Assembly (NCBI RefSeq): GCF_012571795.1
Contig: NZ_CP046222.1
Span: 210,819 to 242,818 of the forward strand
Direction: 5' to 3'
Source of the DNA: Candidatus Saccharimonadota bacterium
GTDB lineage: Bacteria; Pseudomonadota; Gammaproteobacteria; Enterobacterales; Enterobacteriaceae
Length of the DNA: 32,000 nucleotides
In this document: positions 9,735 to 18,462 of the stretch, piece after piece
Position numbering within the stretch: position 1 is the first letter of the stretch
Layout: each line of letters opens with the position of its first letter
Made by a program: the position numbers and the translations under genes
The notes under the pieces: model-generated
Told to the model about the DNA's origin: nothing
What the model saw: the letters and a program-made list of their open reading frames with translations, nothing else
Databases searched by the model: none

Positions 9735-11291
9735 ATGTTAAATGTTGTTTGTTTATCAAGACTACAATTTGCATTAACAGCAATGTATCATTTTATTTTT
9801 GTGCCTTTAACATTAGGAATGTCTTTTATATTAGCTATTATGGAAACATTATATGTTTTATCTGGTAAAGTAATATATAAAGATATGACTAAATTTTGGA
9901 GTAAATTATTTGGTATAAATTTTGCATTAGGAGTCGCTACTGGTTTAACTATGGAATTCCAATTTGGAACAAATTGGTCTTATTATTCACACTATGTAGG
10001 TGATATATTTGGGGCACCATTAGCTATAGAAGGGTTAATGGCGTTTTTTTTAGAATCTACGTTTGTAGGTTTATTTTTTTTAGGTTGGGAACGATTAAGT
10101 AAAATTAAACATTTAATCGTAACGTGGTTGGTAGCTATAGGTTCTAATTTATCTGCGTTATGGATTTTAATAGCAAATGGCTGGATGCAAAATCCAATTG
10201 CTGCACATTTTAATTATCATACCATGAGAATGGAAATGGATAATTTATGGCATTTAATATTTAATCCAGTTGCACAAGTAAAATTTGTACATACAATATC
10301 TGCTGGATATACTACTGCTGCTATTTTTGTTATTGGTATTAGTACATATTATTTATCACAAAAAAGAGATATAATTTTTGCTAAAAAATCTATAATTATT
10401 GCATCTAGTTTTGGATTAGCTTCTATTATTTCTGTTATTGTTTTAGGAGATGAATCTGGTTATCAAATAGGTGATATTCAAAAAATAAAATTGGCTGCAA
10501 TTGAAGCAGAATGGACAACACAAAAACCACCTGCATCATTTACAATATTTAGTATTCCTAATCAAAAAACTCAAACTAATAAATATTCTATATCTATTCC
10601 ATATGTATTGGGAATATTAGCAACTAGATCAATAAATACACCTATATTAGGGATCAAAGATTTAATTACAAATTATGAATTAAGAATTCAAAATGGCTTA
10701 AAAGCTTTAATAGCTTTAGAAAAAATAAAAAGTGGTAACACTAATCCTAATTATATAAAAACGTTAAATATGTATAAAAATGATTTAGGATATGGTTTTT
10801 TAATTAAACAATATAATTATCATGATTTAAATAAAATAAATTATAAAGATATTAGACAAATTGCAAAAGATTCCATTCCATTAATTACACCATTATTTTT
10901 TGCTTTTCGTATTATGGTTTTAATTAGTATAATTTTATTAGTTACAATTATATTAGTATTTTTTTATAGTATAAGAAATACTATTGATAAAAAAAACTAT
11001 TTATTAAAATTTTGTACTTATATTATACCATTACCATGGATAGCTTCTGAATCAGGATGGTTTGTTGCAGAATATGGTAGACAACCCTGGGCTATTGGTG
11101 AAATCTTACCTACATTTATAGCTGCATCTTCAATTAATATAATAGAAATATTATTTTCAATAATTATTCTTATGATAATTTATACAATATTATTTATAAT
11201 AGAATTATATTTTATATATAAAATTGCTTATATAGGACCAAGTATTTTAAAAACTGGAAGATATTTTTTTGAAAAAAAAAATATACAATAA
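9735..11291 (+). CDS. cydA: Cytochrome bd-I ubiquinol oxidase subunit I
   Basis: 518 aa. The N-terminus LSRLQFALTAMYHFIFVPLTLGM.. is near-identical to recalled E. coli CydA. The blocks GINFALGVATGLTMEFQFGTNWSYYSHYVGDIFGAPLAIEGLMAFFLESTFVGLFF and WFVAEYGRQPWAIGE are present. Confidence 0.95.
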   Translation: MLNVVCLSRLQFALTAMYHFIFVPLTLGMSFILAIMETLYVLSGKVIYKDMTKFWSKLFGINFALGVATGLTMEFQFGTNWSYYSHYVGDIFGAPLAIEGLMAFFLESTFVGLFFLGWERLSKIKHLIVTWLVAIGSNLSALWILIANGWMQNPIAAHFNYHTMRMEMDNLWHLIFNPVAQVKFVHTISAGYTTAAIFVIGISTYYLSQKRDIIFAKKSIIIASSFGLASIISVIVLGDESGYQIGDIQKIKLAAIEAEWTTQKPPASFTIFSIPNQKTQTNKYSISIPYVLGILATRSINTPILGIKDLITNYELRIQNGLKALIALEKIKSGNTNPNYIKTLNMYKNDLGYGFLIKQYNYHDLNKINYKDIRQIAKDSIPLITPLFFAFRIMVLISIILLVTIILVFFYSIRNTIDKKNYLLKFCTYIIPLPWIASESGWFVAEYGRQPWAIGEILPTFIAASSINIIEILFSIIILMIIYTILFIIELYFIYKIAYIGPSILKTGRYFFEKKNIQ

Positions 11292-11327
11292 TATTTAAAA
11301 ATAGAAATAAAATAGGTTAATTGAAAT

Positions 11328-12476
11328 ATGTTTAATTATGATTTTTTACGTCTAACTTGGTATATTTTAATAATCATTTTGATTACAGGTTTTATTATTA
11401 CTGATGGATTAGATATGGGAGTAGGAATTTTATTATTTATTATAGGAAGACACAAATCTGAAAGAAAAATAATTATTAATACTATTGCACCGCATTGGGA
11501 TGGTAATCAAGTTTGGTTAATTACTACAGCAGGTGCTATATTTGCAGCATGGCCAAATGTTTATGCTACTTTATTTTCTAGTTTTTATATAATTATATTT
11601 ATATTATTATTTGCTTTATTTTTAAGACCAATAGGTTTTGAATATCGATCTAAATTATCTAATATATTATGGGAAAAAATATGTGATATATTTATTTCAA
11701 TAGGTAGTTTAATACCACCTATTTCTTTAGGAATTATTTTAGGATGTATTTTACAAGGTATACCTTATTATTTTGATAGATATTATCATATTTACTCAAA
11801 TTATGATGTGTTAACATTATTTAGTTCTTTTAATATAATTATTATTATAACTTTGACTTTACTTATGCTTAATCAAGCATCAAATTATTTACAAATTAGA
11901 ATTAATAATAAAAATATTAATAATAAATTAAGTATTATTATACCTATAATATCTATATTATTATTATTTTTTTCAATAATATCTTTTATTAATATTATAT
12001 TTTATATAAAAGGATATAAACTTAATAATATTATAAGTATTTATACAATGCATAAACTACCTATGTTAATTTCTGATATTATATATGGTTATGGTATGTG
12101 GATAAATAATTTTTTATATTACCCACAATTATTCATTATACCTATATTAGGTATATTAAGTATTATATGTACTATATTATTTTCTATATATAATAAAGAT
12201 ATTTGTGCATTTATTTGTTCTATCTTTTATACAATTAGTGCTATATCTACTATAGCTATGACAACATTTCCTTTTATTATACCTAATAGTAATTATATAA
12301 ATCATACTCTTACAGCATGGAATGCAACATCTAGTCAATTAACATTAAATATAATGTTATATACAGCACTAATTTTTGTGCCAATTATTGTATTATATAC
12401 ATTTTGGTGTTATAAACAAATGTTTTATAAAATAACAATAGAACAAATAAATAAAAATCCTAATAATTTTTATTAA
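11328..12476 (+). CDS. cydB: Cytochrome bd-I ubiquinol oxidase subunit II
   Basis: 382 aa. The blocks IAPHWDGNQVWLIT, FRPIGFEYRSK and WNATSSQLTLN are colinear with E. coli CydB. It lies directly downstream of cydA. Confidence 0.93.
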   Translation: MFNYDFLRLTWYILIIILITGFIITDGLDMGVGILLFIIGRHKSERKIIINTIAPHWDGNQVWLITTAGAIFAAWPNVYATLFSSFYIIIFILLFALFLRPIGFEYRSKLSNILWEKICDIFISIGSLIPPISLGIILGCILQGIPYYFDRYYHIYSNYDVLTLFSSFNIIIIITLTLLMLNQASNYLQIRINNKNINNKLSIIIPIISILLLFFSIISFINIIFYIKGYKLNNIISIYTMHKLPMLISDIIYGYGMWINNFLYYPQLFIIPILGILSIICTILFSIYNKDICAFICSIFYTISAISTIAMTTFPFIIPNSNYINHTLTAWNATSSQLTLNIMLYTALIFVPIIVLYTFWCYKQMFYKITIEQINKNPNNFY

Positions 12477-12501
12477 AAAAATCATAGGAGTATAAATTAA
12501 T

Positions 12502-12594
12502 ATGTGGTATTTTACATGGGTTATTGGAATGTTATTTGCATGTAGTTTTACTATAATTATATCTTTAGTAAAAGAATATAATAGTATTACATAA
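12502..12594 (+). CDS. cydX: Cytochrome bd-I accessory small subunit CydX (30 aa). It is absent from the supplied ORF track because it is too short.
   Basis: I translated it by hand as MWYFTWVIGMLFACSFTIIISLVKEYNSIT*. Recalled E. coli CydX begins MWYFAWILGTLLACSFGVITALA. An AGGAG Shine-Dalgarno sits at 12486-12490. The position immediately after cydB matches the cydABX operon. Confidence 0.8.
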   Translation: MWYFTWVIGMLFACSFTIIISLVKEYNSIT

Positions 12595-12769
12595 TTTATA
12601 TTAAATAAAAATAATATTTAATTTTTATTAAAAAATAAAAAAATATTATATAATAAATAATATATTATCATAATTAGTATTATTATATAAAATTTTATGT
12701 TGGTTATACATAAAATTCAATAATTAATAACTAAATACTAACTTTTAATAAACAAATTAACGATTATTT

Positions 12770-13462
12770 ATGAATATCATAGATATGTTATGGAAATCTG
12801 TACTAATTATAAAATTAATATTATTAATATTAATAATAATGTTTATTATTTCATTATTTATTATTATACAAAAATATTTATTAATAAATAAAACATTATA
12901 TCTATTAACAAATTTTAAAAAAAAAATTTGGTCTGGTAATGATATATCTAATATATATAAAGAAATACAATTAAAAAAGGATGATATATTTGGTATTGAA
13001 AAAATTTTTTATAAAGGTTTTAAAAAATTTATATACACTTATAATTATATAACAAATATTCCTGAAATTATTATAAAAGATACAAAAACAGCAATTAATT
13101 TGTGTATAAAAAAAGAATTTTTGTTACTAAATTCCTATATGATATATTTAAATATTATTTATCTTATAAGTCAATATATTATATCACTTGGCAATGTTTA
13201 TATTTTATTTTATATAATAAAATTTCTTATAAATTTAAAATTTAAAATATTATTATATAATTTATTACCTAATTTAATTACCATAATAGTAATGATTATT
13301 ATGAGTTTAATTGTTAAAATTATTACTTTAATAAATTATAAAATTATTAATCAATATATTGAACATATAATATTAAAATATAATAATTTTACACAAGAAA
13401 TATTATCTATTTTTTATAAAAAAATTTTTTTAAAAAAAACATTTATAAATTATAATAAGTAA
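12770..13462 (+). CDS. tolQ: TolQ-like protein (MotA/TolQ/ExbB family). The ORF is intact, but it is an orphan and the C-terminal half is strongly diverged.
   Basis: 230 aa, the same length as E. coli TolQ. The N-terminal half is recognisable: [60 protein letters not shown]. It lies downstream of cydABX, as in E. coli. The TM2/TM3 signature residues are not conserved (see findings). Confidence 0.7.
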   Translation: [230 protein letters not shown]

Positions 13463-13619
13463 AATTATAATTTATTTTATTTTATTATTAAAATAAATAA
13501 AAATATTTTAATAAATTAATTTAATCATATAAAATTTGTAATTTTAACATTATAATGTGTTTTATTACATAAATAATATGTTTTGTTTTCTAAAAAATAT
13601 AAATTATTATAAATAATAA

Positions 13620-13647
13620 TTGACTAACAATATATTTCTTTTATATT
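13620..13647 (+). promoter_or_regulatory. Candidate sigma70 promoter for parE
   Basis: TTGACT (13620-13625), a 16-nt spacer, then TATATT (13642-13647), about 35 nt upstream of the parE ATG. -10-like hexamers are everywhere in this composition, so only the TTGAC element carries information. Confidence 0.2.
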
Positions 13648-13681
13648 TAACGTATTAAAATTGCTATTTATTTAATAAATA

Positions 13682-15586
13682 ATGAATCATTTAAATCAAT
13701 ATAATGCTGATGCAATAGAAGTTTTAGAAGGATTAGATCCAGTTAAACGTAGACCAGGAATGTATACTGATCTAACAAGACCAAACCATTTGGGTCAAGA
13801 AGTAATAGATAATAGTGTAGATGAAGCATTAGCTGGATATGCAAAAAATATTGAAGTTATTTTATATAAAGATCAATCATTAGAAATTATTGATGATGGT
13901 AGGGGTATGCCTATTGATATACATCCTCAAGAAGGCATACCTGCAATTGAATTAATTTTATGTCGTTTACATGCAGGAGGAAAATTTTCTAATAAAACTT
14001 ATCAATTTTCAGGAGGATTACATGGTGTAGGTATTTCTGTAGTAAATGCTTTATCTAAAAGAATGGAAGTTAGTATTTTTAGAAATAAAAAAACATATCA
14101 TATTATTTTTGAAAATGGATGTAAAGTTAAGGATTTAAGTATTATTAATAATAATATTAATTATACGGGAACTAAAATTAGATTTTGGCCTAATGAACAT
14201 TTTTTTGAACATTCTACTTTTTTAGTATCACATCTAATTAATTTATTAAAGGCAAAAGCAATATTATGTTCAGGGTTAACGGTTAGTTTTAAAAATAAAA
14301 ATACAAAAGATTATTATTCTTGGCATTATAAATATGGATTATGTGATTATTTAATAAACTCTTCAAAAAATTTTAATTCTATACCTAAAGAACCATTTAC
14401 AGGTGACTATATTAGTAAAACCAAACATATTAGTTGGGCTTTATTTTGGATAACTAATAGTAATAATACTATTATTACAGAAAGTTATGTAAATTTAATT
14501 CCAACAACTAATGGCGGAACTCATGTTAATGGGTTAAGACTTGGACTATTAGATGCCATAAAAAATTTTTGTAACTGTCATAATATTTTACCTAAAAATC
14601 TTAAATTATCTGGTGATGATGTTTGGAATGATTGTTCATATGTATTATCTATAAAAATACAAGATCCACAATTTACAGGACAAACTAAAGAACGTCTATC
14701 TTCTAGACAATGTACAGTATTTGTATCTCATATAGTAAGAGATGCTTTTATTTTATGGTTAAATAAGAATATTAAGATTGGTATATGTATTGCTGATATG
14801 GTAATAGCAAACGCACAAAAACGTATTCGAGAATCTAAAAAAATTATAAAGAAAAAAAATTATATAAGTTCACTTTTACCAGGTAAATTAGCAGATTGTA
14901 TTATTAAAAATCCTAAAAAAACAGAATTATTTCTAGTAGAAGGAGATTCTGCTGGTGGTTCTGCTAAACAAGCAAGAGATAAAAATTATCAAGCTGTTAT
15001 GCCTTTAAAAGGTAAAATTTTGAATACATGGGAAATTAATTCTGAAGAAATTTTATGTTCACAAGAAATATATGACATTATATTAGCAATAGGTGTATAT
15101 CCTAATAATGATAATCTAAAAAAATTAAGATATCATAAAATTTGTATTTTAGCAGATGCAGATTCTGATGGTTTACATATTGCTACTTTATTATGTGCTT
15201 TATTTATTAAACATTTTTTCCCATTAGTTACAAATGGTAATATTTATGTTGCTATGCCACCTTTATATCGTATAGATTTGGGTAAACATATTTTTTATGC
15301 TTTAGACGAAAATGAGAAATTATTAATTTTAAATAAGTATGCTTCTAAATATAAGCAAGATAGCATTAATGTACAACGTTTTAAAGGTTTAGGAGAAATG
15401 AATCCAAAACAATTAAGAGAAACAACATTTAATCCTAATACTAGAAAACTAGTACAATTAGTAATTCATAATAATAATTTAGATATTAAGAAAGCATTAT
15501 CTATTATGGATATGTTGCTATCTAAAAAAAGATCAGAGGATCGCCGTAAATGGTTACAACAAAAAGGAGATATTACTAATATTTAG
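13682..15586 (+). CDS. parE: DNA topoisomerase IV subunit B
   Basis: 634 aa. The N-terminus YNADAIEVLEGLDPVKRRPGMYTD.TRPNHLGQEVIDNSVDEALAG matches recalled E. coli ParE rather than GyrB in length and sequence. The blocks ELFLVEGDSAGGSAKQARD, ILADADSDGLHIATLLCALF and QRFKGLGEMNP are present. Confidence 0.93.
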   Translation: MNHLNQYNADAIEVLEGLDPVKRRPGMYTDLTRPNHLGQEVIDNSVDEALAGYAKNIEVILYKDQSLEIIDDGRGMPIDIHPQEGIPAIELILCRLHAGGKFSNKTYQFSGGLHGVGISVVNALSKRMEVSIFRNKKTYHIIFENGCKVKDLSIINNNINYTGTKIRFWPNEHFFEHSTFLVSHLINLLKAKAILCSGLTVSFKNKNTKDYYSWHYKYGLCDYLINSSKNFNSIPKEPFTGDYISKTKHISWALFWITNSNNTIITESYVNLIPTTNGGTHVNGLRLGLLDAIKNFCNCHNILPKNLKLSGDDVWNDCSYVLSIKIQDPQFTGQTKERLSSRQCTVFVSHIVRDAFILWLNKNIKIGICIADMVIANAQKRIRESKKIIKKKNYISSLLPGKLADCIIKNPKKTELFLVEGDSAGGSAKQARDKNYQAVMPLKGKILNTWEINSEEILCSQEIYDIILAIGVYPNNDNLKKLRYHKICILADADSDGLHIATLLCALFIKHFFPLVTNGNIYVAMPPLYRIDLGKHIFYALDENEKLLILNKYASKYKQDSINVQRFKGLGEMNPKQLRETTFNPNTRKLVQLVIHNNNLDIKKALSIMDMLLSKKRSEDRRKWLQQKGDITNI

Positions 15587-15802
15587 TAAAATTTTAATAA
15601 TAACACTACTAAAATTATAATTTTTAAAATGTAATTAAAATTATTACAATTTTTAATAAACTTATCTATTATAATTATAATAAATTAATCAATCAATAAA
15701 TCAAAATAAAGTATTTTTTTATAAATTATATACTAAATATATAATGAAAATTTTTTAAACATAATATTATATGAATAATATTACAAATAAGGAATATATG
15801 CC

Positions 15803-18451
15803 ATGTCAGATGAAAAATATAATGACGTGGATCCAATTGAAACTAATGATTGGATACAATCTATTAAATATGTTATTAAAGAAGAAGGTATAAATAGAGC
15901 AAAATTTTTATTAGATAAAATAAAAAATTATATAAATTATGATGTTAATAGTCGAAATGACTATATTAATACTATATCATTAGTGCAAGAACCAATATAT
16001 CCAGGTAATATAATTATTGAAAAAAAAATCAGAAATACTATACGTTGGAATGCAATAATGATAGTATTAAGAGCTTATAAAAAAAAATTAGATTTAGGTG
16101 GTCATATTTCATCATATCAATCTTCAGCTCATATTTATGAAGTATGTTTTAATCATTTTTTTCAAGCTATAAATAAATATAATCATGGAGATATTATTTA
16201 TTTTCAAGGACATATATCTCCAGGTATTTATGCAAGATCTTTTTTAGAAAATAGATTAACTGTAAAAAATTTGGATAATTTTCGTCAAGAGATATGCGGC
16301 AAAGGATTATCATCTTATCCACATCCTAAACTTATGCCAAATTTCTGGCAATTTCCTACTGTATCTATGGGGTTGGGTCCAATATCAGCTATATATCAAG
16401 CTAAATTTTTAAAATATTTGCATAATAGAGAATTACAAGATACGTCTACACGTAAAATTTTTGCATTTTTAGGTGATGGTGAAATGGATGAACCAGAATC
16501 TAAAGGGGTAATTAATATTGCAGCAAGAGAAAAATTAGATAATTTAATTTTTATTATTAATTGTAATTTACAAAGACTCGATGGACCAGTATATGGTAAT
16601 GGTAAAATAATTAATGAATTGGCTTCATTTTTTAATGGTGCAGGATGGTCTGTTATTAAAGTTATTTGGGGCAATCGATGGGAACAATTGATATCTCAAG
16701 ATAATAGTAAAAAATTAATTCATTTATTTAATGAAACATTAGATGGAGATTTTCAAAATTTTAAATCAAAAAATGGTAATTATATTAGAAAACATTTTTT
16801 TGGTAAATATCCAGAAACTTTAAAATTGGTTGAACATTTAACTGATAAAGAAATTGAACAATTAAACTATGGAGGTCATGATTCTAAAAAAATATATGCT
16901 GCATTAAATTTGGCTTATAAAACAAAAAATAAACCTACAGTTATTTTAATGCATACTATCAAGGGTTATGGATTAGGAGAAATAGCTGAAGGTAAAAATA
17001 TTGCGCATCAAATTAAAAATATTGATATTAAAACTTTAAAAAATATACGTGATCGTTTATCACTAAATATTAGTGATAATGATTTATGTAAATTACCTTA
17101 TATTTCTTTTGCAAAAAAATCTATAGAATATCAATATTTACATGATCAACGTAAAAAATTAGGTGGTTATATACCATATCGTAGAAATCATGTTACGGAT
17201 AAAATTATTTTACCTAAATTATCAGATTTTAGTGTATTATTTAATACACAACACAATTATATATCCACGACAAAAGCATTTGTGAAAATTTTAGGTTTAC
17301 TTTTAAGAAACATAAATTTAAAAAATAAAATAGTACCTATTATTGCTGATGAAGCACGCACATTTGGTATGGAAGGATTGTTTAGACAAATTGGCATATA
17401 TAATTCTAATGGATTAAATTATACACCACAAGATAAAGCATTATTGGCTTACTATAAAGAAGATAAAAAAGGACAAATATTACAAGAAGGTATTAATGAA
17501 TCTGGTGCTTTTGCCTCTTGGTTAGCTGCAGCAACATCATATTCTACAAATAATTTAATTATGATACCTTTTTATATTTATTATTCTATTTTTGGTTTTC
17601 AAAGAATTGGTGATTTTTGTTGGGCAGCAGGTGATCAACAAGCAAGAGGCTTTTTAATAGGTGCTACATCTGGCAGAACTACTCTTAATGGTGAAGGATT
17701 ACAACATGCAGATGGACATAGTCATATTCAATCTTTAACAGTTCCAAATTGTATTTCTTATGATCCTGCTTATGCATACGAATTAGCAATCATTATATAT
17801 AATGGTTTACATAGAATGTATGGAGAAAAGCAAGAAAATATATATTTTTATATTACCACTACTAATGAAAATTATAAAATGCCTAATATTATACCTACAG
17901 GAGTAGAGTATGGTATATGTAAAGGTATTTACAAATTACGTAATATACCAGGGAAAAAATGTTGTGTACAATTACTTGGTTCTGGTTCTATACTAAAACA
18001 TGTAATACAAGCAGGAAAAATATTATATCAAGAGTATGATATTAGTTCAGATATTTTTAGCGTAACTTCGTTTACTGAAATTGCACGTAATGGACAAGAT
18101 TGTGATCGTTGGAATATGTTACATCCTATGAACAAACGTCGTATACCTTATATAACACAAATTATGAAGAATTGTCCTACTATTGCTACTACAGATTATA
18201 TGAAAATTTTTGCTGAACAAATTAGGAAATATATTCCTACAAATAATTATTTTGTTTTAGGCACAGATGGTTTTGGACGTTCAGATAGTAGACAAAATTT
18301 ACGTGATTTTTTTGAAATTAGTTTTCCTTATATAACATTAGCAGTACTTAATATTCTATTAGATTTAAATATTATTAATAATAATATTATTATGCATTTT
18401 ATAAAAAAATATAATATTGATATAAATAAAAATAATCCTCGAAGCTCCTAA
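15803..18451 (+). CDS. aceE: Pyruvate dehydrogenase E1 component
   Basis: 882 aa. It is colinear with recalled E. coli AceE through NDVDPIETNDWIQSI, FQGHISPGIYARSFLE, AFLGDGEMDEPES, NCNLQRLDGPV, ADEARTFGMEGLFRQIGIY and LGTDGFGRSDSR. Confidence 0.95.
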   Translation: MSDEKYNDVDPIETNDWIQSIKYVIKEEGINRAKFLLDKIKNYINYDVNSRNDYINTISLVQEPIYPGNIIIEKKIRNTIRWNAIMIVLRAYKKKLDLGGHISSYQSSAHIYEVCFNHFFQAINKYNHGDIIYFQGHISPGIYARSFLENRLTVKNLDNFRQEICGKGLSSYPHPKLMPNFWQFPTVSMGLGPISAIYQAKFLKYLHNRELQDTSTRKIFAFLGDGEMDEPESKGVINIAAREKLDNLIFIINCNLQRLDGPVYGNGKIINELASFFNGAGWSVIKVIWGNRWEQLISQDNSKKLIHLFNETLDGDFQNFKSKNGNYIRKHFFGKYPETLKLVEHLTDKEIEQLNYGGHDSKKIYAALNLAYKTKNKPTVILMHTIKGYGLGEIAEGKNIAHQIKNIDIKTLKNIRDRLSLNISDNDLCKLPYISFAKKSIEYQYLHDQRKKLGGYIPYRRNHVTDKIILPKLSDFSVLFNTQHNYISTTKAFVKILGLLLRNINLKNKIVPIIADEARTFGMEGLFRQIGIYNSNGLNYTPQDKALLAYYKEDKKGQILQEGINESGAFASWLAAATSYSTNNLIMIPFYIYYSIFGFQRIGDFCWAAGDQQARGFLIGATSGRTTLNGEGLQHADGHSHIQSLTVPNCISYDPAYAYELAIIIYNGLHRMYGEKQENIYFYITTTNENYKMPNIIPTGVEYGICKGIYKLRNIPGKKCCVQLLGSGSILKHVIQAGKILYQEYDISSDIFSVTSFTEIARNGQDCDRWNMLHPMNKRRIPYITQIMKNCPTIATTDYMKIFAEQIRKYIPTNNYFVLGTDGFGRSDSRQNLRDFFEISFPYITLAVLNILLDLNIINNNIIMHFIKKYNIDINKNNPRSS

Positions 18452-18462
18452 AAAGGAATAAT

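Noticed and set aside
12595-12769. Possible ybgE/ybgC remnants between cydX and tolQ
   Set aside because: The spacer is only 175 bp, with only an 8-codon ORF (MLVIHKIQ), and I could see no residual similarity.
16396-16674. 92-aa minus-strand ORF inside aceE
   Set aside because: It is antisense to the conserved ThDP-binding region of aceE, and it has no Shine-Dalgarno or family resemblance.
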